Positions 12,096-26,410 of a DNA stretch of 64,000 bases are shown piece by piece. The DNA is from Marsupella aquatica (lineage: Eukaryota; Plantae; Marchantiophyta): contig OZ316895.1 in NCBI GenBank assembly GCA_973895155.1, positions 13,696,125 through 13,760,124 of the forward strand, read 5' to 3'. Under the pieces are notes generated by a model, which saw nothing but the letters and a program-made list of their open reading frames with translations, had not been told where the DNA came from and ran no database searches. Each line of letters begins with the position of its first letter. The first letter of the stretch is position 1. Both the position numbers and the translations under genes were made by a program.

Positions 12096-14777
12096 ACCTC
12101 GGCCTTGTAGCATATATCCCTTGGTCTTCCTTCTCAGCCATTAGCCACCCCAAATGCAGCAGCCGTGGCCACGTCAAGCCCAAAAGCTCACATTTCTCCA
12201 ACTGCAACTTTTCGGATTTGCTGAGTTTCGGATTTGTGCCTAAAGTTACCGGAAGTGGATAAGGTCATTGGTTCAGTGTTAAGTGTTAAGCTTGCAAGCT
12301 TTCCTTACAGAAGCTAGAGATTGGCTCCCACTAGTTTTACCGGAGTTCCCAAAACTATTGAGTTTCAAAATTTTCTTCCATGTATCATTGAGGTTTGAGA
12401 CACCTTGATGAGTTGTACATAAATGGGAAGGAAAATAGACATTGTGATCCAAAATCACAGACTAACAATGAAAAAAAACAATTCAGAATTTCTGCCCAAG
12501 ACATTGCTCAACCCAGAAAATACCAGGTGGGTTGTTTCCTCCTCTCCTCCTGCATGAAGCTGGTCTCCACTCCACAGCTAAGGGGGCTTTACAAGAACTA
12601 TGTAGCAGTTCTTTTTTTTCTATGTTCAAGATGCAATCCTAGCCATTCAACTGTAGCAACAAGTTGAACATCACTTTACATGAACTTGTGGCACGCAATA
12701 GGTAAAACCCTATGGATCATAGTGTTTTGGCTCATGTGTCCATGTTTTTTTTATCAAAACTTATACCACCTTTTGAGGTGGTCTAAAGAATAAATCCCTT
12801 GGTCCTTTTCTACTCAGGGTCTGTGATTATTATTTCCAGACCTGACACATTTTGGCATAGGCATTTTAACTTAGAGTGTATGCAATGGACCTCACGTTTG
12901 CGTGAGTGAAGAGTGATGATTTGTGCCAGCCAGTTCTTGTAAAATCCCCCTAAATTTGTCCCCATTTGGACTCTGGGCCCACTCTGGGTCACTTAGGTGA
13001 ATGTACCTCCAGTTGCATCCAGGGTATTGAACACCCACTACAGTAGTTGATGATGTCAACCGTAACTCACACTGAACTTGAATCAAAATTATTGTTGACT
13101 CATCCTGTTTCAGCCACTTTACATATAACTTTAAAGGTGTCCATAAAGTTTTGCCCCGAAAAACTAGTCAAAGCCTAAAATCTAGTGTCCTTAATTATAC
13201 TCTAGGGTTGGGGAGGGAACGGTAGGCAGGGCACCATGGCAAGGCAGGGCAGTATAGGGGTTAATGTGGCAGCAGGGCAGACAAGCAAAGAAAAGGAGAC
13301 ACTCACGTAACTCAAGTAGAGAGACTGATGGCAAATGGGTTGTCCTTGTCTTACACGGATATCATCATTGGCACGAGGAACAAGTTGTGTGACCATGGCA
13401 AAACTTGGTTGATATCACTTGTTTTGCCTCTCTATGAGAACCATAGCTAGGTTGGTACACAGTTTCTCATAGAGTTTGACATTTTTATTTGCTAGCTCTC
13501 ATACCCTGCATACCACAGAAAAGGCTCCATACCCAAACTCCCATGCCTGTCCCTACTCACAAACATAGTCTAAATATCAAAATTTGTTGTAAGCAGAGAA
13601 TTTTATGGCATATGGCTCCACTCTATGAAGTACATAAAGAACCCATTTTTGGTGTTTTACATAATGAACTGTAAACCATAAATCATACCCTACATTTCAT
13701 TTGACTAACCTGAATATTTGTACTTATGCACAGGAAGGATTCCTTGTCCCAATTCCCCTGCCCATTCCTACTTGCAAGCAAGCATAGTCCATATATCCAA
13801 AATGTATCTTACCAGAGAAATGACAGACCTATGGCTTCACTCCCGCTTCACTTTACAAAGTAGGCTGTGAATAGGTGGACTTTGACTGCAAATTACAACT
13901 TTGAAGTACTTTGCCACTAAAGATCAGGCAATTGACAATAGTGTCACCATTTTTTAATTTACAAATATACCATGATTTGCATATGGATAATAACTTCACC
14001 AACCATAGATGTTGTAGTTGACAATATTGCCACAATTTTTTTGTATTTATTAATATACCATGGTTTTGTACATGGGTGATAAGTTCACCAACGTGATCAA
14101 AAGAACTATATACAAAAATAGTGGTACATTTGTAAATACAATAAAAATAATGACAATATTTTAAGTTCAAACATCGTTAGTGGCAATATATTTAAATTAT
14201 AATATAGATATAGGTTGATGATAGATACTGCGCAGTGTAGTTAAGTTATTTTTGCTTGTTTGTGCTCAAACTTTGCTGAACTTAAATGACCACTCAGGCA
14301 TATAAGAATCTCTCCTGCTTTCACTATATCAAGATCAGAGCTAGGTATGAAATTTTGTGTATGGAGAAGAAGTGTGTTGATTTTTGCTGCTTTGATCCTA
14401 AGAGCTGAAGATTATCAATAGCTGCAAGAGTTGGAAGGGTGATCGAGGTCACCAATTTGTTTGTGACTCATCTCATTAGCACAGCAGGTTAGAGAACTGG
14501 CAGGGGATGATTCTCTGGTCACTGAACTTAGATAATGACCAAACACTCCAGAAAATTATGCTGCTTCAAACCTTTCAAATGTCTTCCAAAAACTGGGGCA
14601 TTCATGACTTCTCCTTGATCTTTAACAAGTGCAATTGTTGTTCCAACAAGTGCTTTGATATGGAGAATTGACGATGCCTCTATGGACTTCCCTGACATAA
14701 GATCCAGCTCAACCAAAAATCTCATGTCCAGCAGCAGATGAAAAAGCATGGTATCTTCTGTTTCCAAGATATTGTGA

Positions 14778-14889
14778 ATGATTGTGAGTTGGTTCTACAC
14801 TGGTCAGAAGGAAAACAAGTCCTACACTGATTAATGATTGTGAGTTGGTTCTACACTAGTCAGAAGGGAAACAAGTCCTACACTGATTA
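14778..14889. repeat. ~56-bp tandem duplication
   Basis: 'atgattgtgagttggttctacact(g/a)gtcagaagg(a/g)aaacaagtcctacactgatta' occurs twice. Confidence 0.9.
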
Positions 14890-15379
14890 CCGTAATTAGT
14901 ATCACATAGAGTATTTACAAACAAAGGTTTTTGAAGGATGTCACCATAATTAATTTAGAAATACTATTTTTGGTGACCCACAAATAGTGTGTGATGAACA
15001 CTCAATTAATGTGTGTAACTTATGAATTTTTCCAACCAATAAGATGTATTTGCAAGGGCATATAAAATCAAAACAATATTTATTAAAATCAGGTTAGGAA
15101 TACAATCAAAATCATACTATGACAATTGACTAAAGTCCCTACTCATACTCCTGTAATCCAAGTCTACTCCAATCCAGTTCCAGATCTAGAATTGTCATGT
15201 CAAGATTCATTATCCGGAATCATTGCCTTCAGACTCAGAATCCACAGGTGGTTCCTCTTCAGAATCAGTACTACTAATCTGTGGTGGAATTATGGGAAAA
15301 TGCCAGTCTCTATATCTTGATCAGGTACATGTCCCATAGAAGGCACAGGTGTGCCTTCAAAATGAATCCTGTATTTTTG

Positions 15380-16782
15380 AATCAATTTTGAAGATCTGGA
15401 TTCAATTGCTGTTCATGCCACACTCCATTGATATCAAGGGAAAAACCACAATGAATCATAGCCCTCCTTGCATACGTTATCCTAGTGTGTTTGTCTTGTT
15501 GTTGATTGACCTTCTGTACAAATGTTGCCGCAAGCTTTAGAAAAAATTGTTTGCCAGGATTCTTCATTGCTCTAGAATTCTACCCACTACTTCGACCAGA
15601 ATTTTGAAATCCATTTCCACTCATGATCGTCTTCAACTTGTGCTTCTCCCAGGCATCTGTCCATGCATCCTTGATCTTGGAGATCACAAATGAATCACAA
15701 GGTTGCGTCTTATCAGTGGAGCATGGAGGTAAGTTGCGTATGGTAGCATTCAATCTCTGCAGCGTGGTGAAAGATGCTTCTGTGTAGTCATGGCCCTTGA
15801 AATTGTTGACAAAAATCACTCTTGTTTGCCCGCCTTGAAGATTGGTGACTTGGCAGCGCAGTTCATTCAACCATTGATTCCAAACGGCTCTCGTCACAAA
15901 ACCATTCTTTGCAGATCTGTACACAACACTAGGAATTGTATCATCCACATTCCTAATAGGATAAGAGCAACGATCATTCTGGAAAACAATCATAGGAACC
16001 TCTATGATAGATCGAGACCCTCTAGTGAGACGTACGATCATGGTCATGCCTTGCCCACTAGAAACTAGATCTGCATACTTGACATTGTCATCACCACAAA
16101 ATCCCAATGTCTTTGCCATTGTCAATGTTGACAACGAAATGAGTTTCGTCAACATTTTCAACAAGGTCTTCATTCAGGGTCCCTGTCTCAAACTCTCTCT
16201 TGAGTTGTCCCAAATGGAAAGTGATCTCTTTATCTATGTGCTCTTGCTTCTCTACACTCACCATCAGTTTCCCTGTTTGTGCCTTGCCAACAATGTTGCA
16301 CTTCCCTATAAATCTCATAATCTAGCAAAGTGTAATCTTTTTTGAGATAGGAATTCCTCTTGACAGATATGTTGAGGAGAATTGCGGATGAGTTGATTCG
16401 TCAAGCACTTGCTTTGCCAACTGCTGCAAAAGCTTTGGTGAAAATTTCACTCTTGCCTTTCGTAATCGATTGAACTCGTCCACCGTAGACTGGTACAACC
16501 ACGTAACCCAATCCTCTATCTTTCTGCCTTGACCTTCTCTCCTTGCCTTCCGCAACATCTTTTGAATAATTCCATCCCGACGCACATTGATGGAAATGTC
16601 TGTCTCTTTGTTGATTTGCAACCAAATTGCTTGATTCTTCCACCAATCTGTAGCCTTCTTGAGATTTGCATTCTCACTACCTCGAAATAACGTTGTGAAC
16701 TCCTTAACAGTCCATCTTGGCCATTTGCCTCTCTATCTTGCCTCATCCATGAAACTACCTTCTTATGATCTTGCATGGTCAC
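15380..16782 (-). mobile_element. Decayed Tc1/mariner-pogo (DDE_1) transposase pseudogene
   Basis: Joining ORFs 16516-16782, 16322-16621, 16091-16318, 15580-16173 and 15382-15567 across stops and frameshifts gives an HTH-like region (WVTWLYQSTVDEFNRLRKA...IMRF) and DDE_1 motifs ENVDETHF, RVIFVNNFKGH (second D mutated), LPPCSTDKTQPCDSFVISKIKDAW. TIRs not located. Confidence 0.88.
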
Positions 16783-18480
16783 GACGTACTGAGGTGCTCT
16801 CTTACGCTTTGTCTACACAGCTTCTGTACGTGCAACTGATCGATCTAGAGAAAGAGCTTCAGGTAATGAGTTTTGTGGAACATCTTTGATAAGCTCTGCA
16901 GGTTGTGACAAAACTCCAGTCCTCCCTATATTCCTCACTCTAAGTCGAGATCGAGCAAATGTGGATATTAGAGGCGACGCAGAATGGAAATCCATTGTGG
17001 AGAATGCTGCGATTCAGAAACTTGAGAAAACATAAAGAAATTTGGCGAGAATGTTACGAGATTGGTAAACGGGTTTTGCAGCAAAGTGTTTAGGTCACGA
17101 ATAGGGCCGGCCAAGGGTTGGGAGGGTTGAGGGGAGTGTAGGGCAGAAGTTTGGCAAAAATCTAGGCAAAGTTGTGGTCGGGAGTGCACTAGGATTGGTC
17201 CACGAGCGTGGCCTATAGTTTGGTCCTAAGTTTGACCCTGTAAAAGTCATCCATCAGTTTTCAAAGAAGCATTCCTTTATACTCTCCCATGAAAACAAAA
17301 ACTTTTTTCTTAAGTAGTGTACTGTAGTGATATTTTTTATTAATGTATAGGAGATTAATAAGGAACTTAATTTATATATTTTTTGGAGATTTGTCCTCAC
17401 ACCCTTAATAGTGTGTGTGAGACTATTTATGCGCGGAGACTAAATAAGTTATGATACTAATTATGGTAAACAGTGTACTTCCAAGCTGCCAACATGAGTA
17501 CGAGAAGGTGACCAATACTTACCTAAATATATCTCCTTCAACGCGCATGCATAGAAAACATCAGGTCTCAACTTTTGCCTACCAGGATCCAGTACATAGA
17601 GTAGTGGGAATTTTGCTTCATGCTTGCCTGCAAAGGGAAGATCCATTTGAGACTTTTACGTAAAGTAAGAAGGGTCTTCATTAATTTGCTTTTGCACAAA
17701 ATCTTCAGGCTATTTCAAACATTTAAGCATTGACATGCTCTATTGATTCCCTCTCCAGTCAAGACCTCACCTCGGACCTCACCAACGGATGGCCTCCAGA
17801 GGTTAATTTTTGGACTCCCACAATGGCCAATGGCCAGTGCTGCTAATCTTTCATTTGTTTCCACAACTGATGGAGATGCTAGTCAGGCTGAGATTTTTGA
17901 ATGGAAGGACAATTCACCCATTCTCCTTACCAACAAAAGTTGTATGCAATTGATTGAGGCTAAGTGACCCTGATGCTTCATTTCAACATGCAGAAGTGGA
18001 GTGACTAGCTTGATTGGCACTCAACCTGAAGTGACTTTGGACTTGTCAAGGGGAAATGTTTTCAGTGGTTTACTTAGAATTGTTATCAGGTTCCGGCAAC
18101 TAAGAGCACTCGCATTAGACCACTATCCGGTCCAGCCTGGATTGACTTTAGCGGATCAACCCAGGGGGCCGGCTTTTGGAACCCCCACCATGCCCAGGTC
18201 ATGACAACCCTAATGCTGCAGTCCTACATTTCTGGGTGTCAAGGCCAGGCAGCAATCTTGCTCTCTAGAACTAAGCGAGACACAGCCTGCCAAGACGAAT
18301 TGACTGCTGCAACCAGCCAAGTTAGTTTTGATTACTTAGACATATCCGCAGCAGCAAGAGTGGGAGATCGTGGGACAATCGTGGGACATGTGGGGCGGAT
18401 GCCAAACCGGCATGCAATCAACCCAATGAGCTGTATGGCAAGCACAGGTGGGAGGGCTGTAAGCACTGCCGCTTCCCTGC

Positions 18481-18766
18481 CTTGGGGGGTTGACTATCAA
18501 AAATCTTAGGAACCACGTGCGATCCAAAATAAGTATTTTTGATAGAAATTAACTAAATTTTAAAAAGCGTAAGAGGCAAAAGAAGGTATTATAACCTCAT
18601 GTTTATAGAATATTATCTCATATCTACCTTTTATAAAGTAAAATAGGTTATTAATGTTGAAAACGGAGAATATTCTTGGAATATTTTCTTTATAAAATAG
18701 GTCTATTTATATTAGGCTAGGATCGCACGTGGTACCCCAAAATACACACTTAGTTAACCCCCCGAG
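18481..18766. mobile_element. MITE copy 1 (~286 bp), 8-bp TSD
   Basis: TIRs cttggggggttgacta / tagttaaccccccgag; internal inverted pair accacgtgcgatcc / ggatcgcacgtggt; exact flanking TSD ttccctgc (18473-18480, 18767-18774). Confidence 0.92.
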
Positions 18767-20665
18767 TTCCCTGCTATGCCAACCCACAGAGCCCTTGACC
18801 AAGTGTGAATTCAGATGGAAGAATTTGTTTTGTTTATAAGAATGTACACACACTGTGAAGATTTGGAGATGGGTATTTTTCATCTACAAATTATGCTTGA
18901 GTATAGAAATCAAACTGTCATACTCATTGTTGATCAGGCCTTGTGAAATTAGATTGCCATGCGTATATCCGGTCCAAATTCTGAGTGTTTTGGGTGTGTA
19001 CCAAAGCTTGGTTTATCCAGAAAATCTAGGAACTCAACACTCAAGAAAAAACTGGCACCCCACTACTATTGACTGTTAGTCCAATCAGGTGAAGGATGCA
19101 TCTTCAAATCTAGACATAAAGATTTACTACATCCACATTTTTAATTTACATATATAGAGAGCCATTTTTAAAGTTGAATTACTAAATTGTTATCTTTTTC
19201 CACTGCTGGTTAAACAAATTAAATATTGCTAGCTTGAAACATTCAATGGTTAACACCTGGCCAAGTTTCACCATTGGATGGTCGTCCATGGTTTCCACCA
19301 TAGCCTTAATGCCCTTCCTAACTCTCGACGTTGGGTTGACTCTCTTACTTTCCTCCTGCAGCTCCCCCCCCCCCTCCTGGTTGGCAGGACTGGGCTGGAC
19401 CACTCCCTCGTCCCCCTTGGTTGAGGATGAGAGAGATTGTTGAGGTTCTTTAGGATGGCAAGGACAGTTTGATGATGAAAGCTGGCAAGATGCTGACCAT
19501 TGGATCATAATTCCAAACTAACTAGAGTTGAGTTGCTCAGTGAAAATGGGTGGCAATGTAGTAGTTAAACTAAAAAGAGTAGCAAAGTATGAGATTCAAC
19601 AAAAAGAGCTGCAATGTGAAAAATCTTTGCAAGATCAAATGGAATACACAATATTTACAAGAAAGGTAAGTCTGGTTTGGTATCAAAAAGATAAGGCTGC
19701 ATGATTGGTTATTTAGTTGAGACTATGGTATCAATGAGGCTATCTATCAGATAGTGGAGAAATGTTTGGGTATTGGTCCACTTGGTGCGCTACCCTTTAC
19801 TGTCTGGGTGTTTATATTTTGCTATACCAATATCAATTCAGGGCAGGAAAAGGAAAAAGCCGAAGCCAGGTTTTGTGTCAGAAAAGGAGACAGTTTTGTA
19901 TTTATTTTGCAAGAGGTGAGTACAAACGTGGTAAAGGGGTTCCATGGCGGACCGAAGTTCCCACTAGATGCTTCATATGTCTGCAACGTTGTTAACATGT
20001 CACAAGAGGTAGACTCTGGCTCAAGAAGACATTTCAACCGGGACTGGACATCTTGTCCCAGCCCAATTCTCAACTTTCCAGTCATCTTCTCTTGGCTCAC
20101 AAAGCTTTGGCTGCTAAAATATGCATTTGACACCAAAAATACATAAATAGAGAAAGCTAGTCAAGCTTGTAGGGGTGCACCTTGCCCTCAGGAAAAAAAG
20201 AGAGGGGGGGGGGGGGTGGGGGGGTCGGTACCCACCCCTCAGGGACAGGATGTATGGGATTCTCCTTTACTTCAGAATTGCTTGTCCTTTTTCCTTGTTG
20301 GGGTAACTAGCCTATAAAAGCCTGCACATCTTCGCGACGCTGACATACCAACAGCTTGGACTATTATGTACTTCAGCTTTATACACTACGAACCGTACTT
20401 ACATAATGTGGGGATGACCAGCCACTTTGAGGGTAGAAGAATGGAAGCGGAGAAAGGATGGCTGAAGTGGGTGAAGTCCACTCATACCCTAGTGCCATAA
20501 TTATGCCAACTTGCATTTTGGATGTGCAGTGAGCAAAATGAACTGTGGTTGATTTCATCATCCAAATAATCAAATCTAATATTTACTTTTCTCTAGTATA
20601 CTTGAAACTGAAGCGCTCATGGACCACCAAATTTGACGAGATGCACAGATGGACCAATGGACCAC

Positions 20666-20855
20666 TCTAAACTCAGCTAGCACCTTTTTCTATAGTATTT
20701 TTTGTTTCAATAAATGCTCATTCTTTTAAACGTCAAAAAGTTTGGTCCATCTAAATCCCACTTTAAACTCAGCTAGCACCTTTTTCTATAGTATTTTTTG
20801 TTTCAATAAATGCTCATTCTTTTAAACGTCAAAAAGTTTGGTCCATCTAATTCCC
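20666..20855. repeat. ~97-bp tandem duplication
   Basis: 'taaactcagctagcacctttttctatag...gtttggtccatctaa' occurs twice. Confidence 0.9.
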
Positions 20856-21814
20856 AAGGTTAATCATTGTGCCATTGTGGCCCAGAATGATAAAGTGGCA
20901 CTTATGATTTAGTAGTCAATTTGCCAATCTTGGCATTCATCCCGACAAGATATTTGTCAAAAATTTCCGCTCTTTCAAACATCTCTCCACCAATTCCATG
21001 AAACTTGAAAGAATATGGAAATTATAGGGTTATCCAAATGTTGTCGTTACAATCCACTGTGGATAAAAAATCTTTCAATTCTGATTTTAATACTGTCCAC
21101 TAGGGTTGTCCTGCAGTGTGGAAATAAAATAGTTAGCTTGGGTACTCAGCAAAAGTAGTATTTAACACAAGAATTTTTTGAGCAAATCTTTCCACCACTC
21201 TTGATTAAAGTTCTAGTGGTAAATATGCATGGTTTTTCATAGTACTGTCTTGAGGGGTAAAATACAAAAAACCGTTGGAACCCCGTGCAATACAGAATAG
21301 GTATTGATGATATAAACAAATAAAATTTCCCACTTGCAAGCCAGTTGCACAACTTGCTCGTTGATGTTTTTCCCTTTCATAAAAAACATGTCCTAGAGCC
21401 AACTATTGTTTCTAGCAACTAAAAAATGGGCTAAGGAACAAAGGTGTAAAATGGAAGAAGCTAGAGTAGCAAAGCCAAAAAACTACCTCAAGTTTAATGG
21501 AGCAATATGTTTTCTATTCATGTTGGCCTGGATGTTGTTAAAGGCTGAGACCAATTATTTTCATGAGCTTTTTCCTAAACTACTGGAATCTACAAACATG
21601 TCCCCCAAACAAAATTTACTTGATAACCTGACTGGTTTCGTATATGGAATAATACTAACTCAACAAAGCTAACTTGACCTGTGTTTTGATTGGTGCAAGG
21701 TCTCCTGCTGCCATGTGGCCCAGACCAGGTTAGTAGAAACTTGTTAATTTCATTCACTAGGAGGTAAGGATCCAAGTTGTCAAGCTACTCTTGTCTCAAA
21801 ACATGCCTGTCCAC

Positions 21815-22101
21815 CTTGGGGGGTTGACTATCAAAAATTTTAGGAACCACGTGCGATCTAAAATAGGTATTTTTGACAGATTTTAACTAAAATTTTTAAA
21901 AGCGTAGGAGGCAAAAGAAGATATTATAAACTCATGTTTATAGAATATTTTTTAATATATACCCTTTATAAAGTAAAACAGATTATTAATATTGAAAATA
22001 GAGAATATTCTTGGAATATTTTCTTTATAAAATAGATCTATTTATGTTAGGCTAGGATCGCACGTGGTACCCCAAAATATACACTTAATTAACCCCCCGA
22101 G
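21815..22101. mobile_element. MITE copy 2 (same family), 8-bp TSD
   Basis: Highly similar to 18481-18766 over its full length; exact TSD ctgtccac (21807-21814, 22102-22109). Confidence 0.92.
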
Positions 22102-25100
22102 CTGTCCACTGTACACTTCTCATGAAAACATTAGGACTTCTATGGAAGGTTTTTTCCAAGGAGAGAAAACGGGCCGTCCACAATAAGGGCAGCAAACCCA
22201 ATCCAATTAGAAAGAATAACTGGACCCAAAATGGGCTCAACACAAGCATGGTGATCTCAGGATAGTATATCAAGGTGATCTTGGAAGCCTTGTCTCAATG
22301 CCTGCAGGGACAATGTGTGTAGCAGATCTAGATGGATCATCAGCTATATATAAATCAATCTGTCGATGAGGATTATTGCAATTTAAGGCAGGAGAAAATT
22401 TCCTTCCCCAGGATCATTCCTGACATATGCTAAAAGAGTCCTACCAAGTTGTATAGTTACACACATTAGTCCATCTAAGCATCAATTTTCACAAATCACT
22501 TCCATGAGAATCTATCTAGTTATTGTTGAACAAGCATATCATCTCAAATTGAGGCAACCGAAAGCATGGTTGCTATGAAAGGATAGCGATGTGTTTTATG
22601 ATTTCCTCTCATCAAAATAAGTCATCTCGAGTTCTTGGAAGTTGAAGCTCAGATGGACCGAGCCCTTGAGCCAGTTAACCCCCATGGACTGTGAGACCCT
22701 TTCTAGAAATCTGGTAGCAGAAAACTTTGACCCTCAAGATCTCTTTCAATATCCCACGGAAGCAACTGTTTAGGGCTCATTGGAAGCAGCTAGGAAAGAT
22801 CCTTCCAACAAGCTGATATTGCCATTTCTGTGAAGACTTGAGAGTGATATGAATTTATATACGGATTACTGAATCACTCACTGTCCACATTTCACACTTC
22901 AACATTGCAAGCTGTGCACCTGGTTTTCATGGTGTTCTAACGTTTTTTTGTGCTTCTGTATGGGAAGGAAGCTAGTGTGAGTTCTGTCTTGTACCTTGTC
23001 GTTTTGTCAATAAACCCTAGCAACCAAACCCCTAAATTGTCTAACTATGAAAAGAACCAAGGATCCCTTACTTTTGGCTGTTTGCTTCTGTTGCAACTTT
23101 CAGAATTTGTACAATGTGGAACCTTGTGTGGAACAATAGAACAATCATGTTCTCTTCCACTAGCACCCGCAAAATTGTCAAAGTGTGAAACAAAGACAAC
23201 ATGGAGTTGATTGCTCGAATGTGAATGCCAATAGCCCCCTCCTTCCACATAGCAAGGTGACAACCTCCCAAAACTGATACCAGGAGAGAATAAATAATCA
23301 AGACACCTTAAAACCCTCCAGCCATGATAAAAATGTGAAAACCTGCAAAACCCCTCTGGCCATGCAGGGAAGGTTTCTGGACCTGCAAGACTATAAATGT
23401 TATACAAACCCATTGTCATGTAGCGGCAAAACCCCGTGAAGCCTAATCATCTAACAACATAATATATTATGTCTTCAAGCATAGACTATGGTTGGACTAT
23501 AAAGTGGCGCCCAATGGCCTACGGTGAGAAGTGCACAATGGATCATGTAGTTAGGCGCCACATAAGAACCATATGTATGAAACTTACCTAGGGTTCCTAG
23601 TTTGTAAAAAAAAATCTGTAGGGGCCCAGTCAGTCACAGAATTTACATGGGGCCCTATCACGTCAACTATTTTTAACAGGTTCCCATCAAGCATATACCT
23701 CTGAATGAACACACCACCTTAATTTTAAAAACAAAGAGAATCTCTCAAACAAAGTGCACAGTAAAGCAACGTCATCCATTCAACGTCATCCCGTCCCAAA
23801 GACAATTATAAATCAGTAGGAGTAGAAACTAGAAAGCAAGAGGATCAAAAGGAGGGGGGGGGGTGGGTTTTATGAGCCGTTATGTTGTCAATATATGCGG
23901 TAAAGGTAGCAGTGCCAAAAATATATTTATGCAACGCCACATGTCAATCTTCATGCAAGCTTTTGTCCAACGGTCTGGTGGACCTTCCCCAGTCCGCTGT
24001 CCACGTATACTCCTACTATATAGTACTGTATAATATAGCTGCCTCTACATTGGAAGTCCAGCCTAATCCTTGTGTTGTTTGTACATACGGAATCATTATA
24101 CGCAAACCGTATGTTTTTTTGGTCATCTCTGTAAAGCTATGTTTTCCAGGTCACCTTTGTAAAGTTACAGCGTAAATCCCAAATCAACTACAGTAATTTC
24201 GGTGGAGTATCTATGAAAGAATAGAATAGACGGGCTTTTACTTCTTCGTCAAGATACCATTCAGGGTATAAAAAGAATAAAATAAAATAGACAACCAAAT
24301 TAAGAACGGTCAACGGTCAAAAGGTTATCAGACGGACCTCACGGCAGTACTTCCCAGGTTATCTACCAGCTTATACAAGGCCTTTTCTTAGTGTAATTCG
24401 CCAAATATTCCCTCACCGAAAAAGTCTTTGCCAGTTTTGGCAAAAGTCTGCCCCCCTATTGTCTATCATTAGCCATTTTTTCACCTAGCCACAGACCCCA
24501 TTACCTGAAATCTGGTCGTTATCCTTCAATTTAGGGATGTGAACAGTCAAAAAATAATTTAGCAAATTAGAGAAGGAATCTCGTAGCATGTTCTCGTTCA
24601 CGGTGACATTCTCCACCTTGATCCAAAAAAACTCTGCCAAACCACCCCCAGATAACAAAAGCACAGACTGCTATCGTTTATGTTGCCTTGTCTATTGAAA
24701 CCCACGCCATCCACCAGCCATCCATCAGATTTATGGCAGTGAGTATAGTGCGCCTCACCATAAGCTTGCCCCCTTAGAGTATATACTTGTTCCACTTGCA
24801 GATTTAGTTATGACACTAGATGTAAAACATCACATCATTATACTAATGGAGTGATAGATTTTTAGTTTTCCTTTTTCTTTTACTAGGTTTTGGGAGTTTG
24901 CATTTGCCCCCTTCTTTAGAGTCTAGTTTGTCTTCTCCTGGGTTTTCTCCAGACCTTTTACCTTTGCTATTTGTACTTTTCTTTGGCCTTTTTGATTGTG
25001 AATTGGTACTTTTCCTTTAGGTGGGGAAAGTTTTGTTCAAGTATGTATTAATATTATTTAGTATACAGGCTTTCAGGAGAATTGGTTACTTGCCACTTCA

Positions 25101-26009
25101 ATGGATCACAGAAATCTACCATAGGCTCCAAGTTAGTAAAATAGCATACCTGTATACAAATTCATGACTTTTGTATATGTTGGTGTTTGTTTCATATACA
25201 TGATACTGCCAAAGAACAAAAAGCCCCATGCAGGAAACATGATCCCAACCAAAGGCAGAAAACCCCATAAAGGACGGAAAACAAGGAAAAACCCAGGAAG
25301 ACCAAAGAACCAAAAAGGTTAAGAGCCAAAAAGCCTAAGAGTTAAAAAATGAAAAAAGAAAAGCCCTAAGAGTCTCCAACCTCAGCAAAAGAACAATCCC
25401 TATTGAGCAACAAAGTGAAAAATCTGGTGGAGCTCCAGAATAAACCGCATGGGAGGGTCATGAAGAGCAATTTGACCTAGAGGCCCTAAAACCAACAGCC
25501 TTGTTTTTAAAAAACTTTGAAACACTTTTTTACATTAATTTGGCTTCCATAAAACTGCAAATCTTTTCTTTGGTGCTATTTTCTTCATTTCAAGCCACTT
25601 TCTATCAAACACGAGCCACTGGCAGTCAAGACCCGTTAAGCAAGTTTGCAGATAGGATTTATTTTCCTTGAAAACAGATAGGATATTTTTTATCTTTTGC
25701 AAAAATTACATAGGTCTAGTAAGCTGTGCATCCTCTTATACTTTGGTAGTTAGGTTTAGGTATAAGGGCTTCTTGGTAGCTCCTCCCCCAGTTTATATTG
25801 TGGAAAACTTGTTTCTCAAGGTGTGCTGTAGTATATTGTGTGGGATGAAAAGGTTACATTTACATATTCATACTCATATTGTTTTTCATTATGAAAGACA
25901 AGCTGTGAGAGCCCACAGATCCAAGTGGTGGTAAGTGAGCCTTGCATCCTCACATATAAATTATACTCATATAGTATTATTATATGCCAACAAACTGGAG
26001 CCAACAATT

Positions 26010-26410
26010 TTGAACCCCTTTCCTCCTCCTTCATACTTGGTCTACCCTTTGGTTGCATCTTCAAACATTCCAAAGCCAATCTTCTAACACTCTGAATGGG
26101 TGGTATGAAGGGAAGCAAACTTTGCGATACCAGAATCTGTCACTTTAGCATCCAAGTTGTCATTGAACAAGATGATGGCAGGCTTCACATATCAATGGAG
26201 GATTGCAACTATTGCTGCTGAATGAGGGTAGTTGATCGAGGACATTTGCAGTTTGAGTTGAAATTTTTAGTCGTTGCTTCCAACTCAGCTGACTTGCAGC
26301 AATTTTGCTTTTAAGGTTATTTTGGTCTGGAGTGTGCCATAGGAAAAAAACTAAACAAAACACTGCAATTTGTCTTGTTCTCCACACAACAATGAGAGAT
26401 ATGCTTAGTA
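26010..26410 (-). pseudogene. Degenerate receptor-like kinase fragment (WAK-like similarity), internally deleted
   Basis: Translations LSWKQRLKISTQTANVL...NPP, NDNLDAKVTDSGIAKF (DFG to DSG), then directly RLALECLKMQPKGRPSMKE (subdomain XI). Frameshifted; subdomains VIII-X absent. Confidence 0.7.

Noticed and set aside
17315-17328. TA-CAGT candidate terminus for the pogo element
   Set aside because: No matching inverted partner found on the other side of the transposase.
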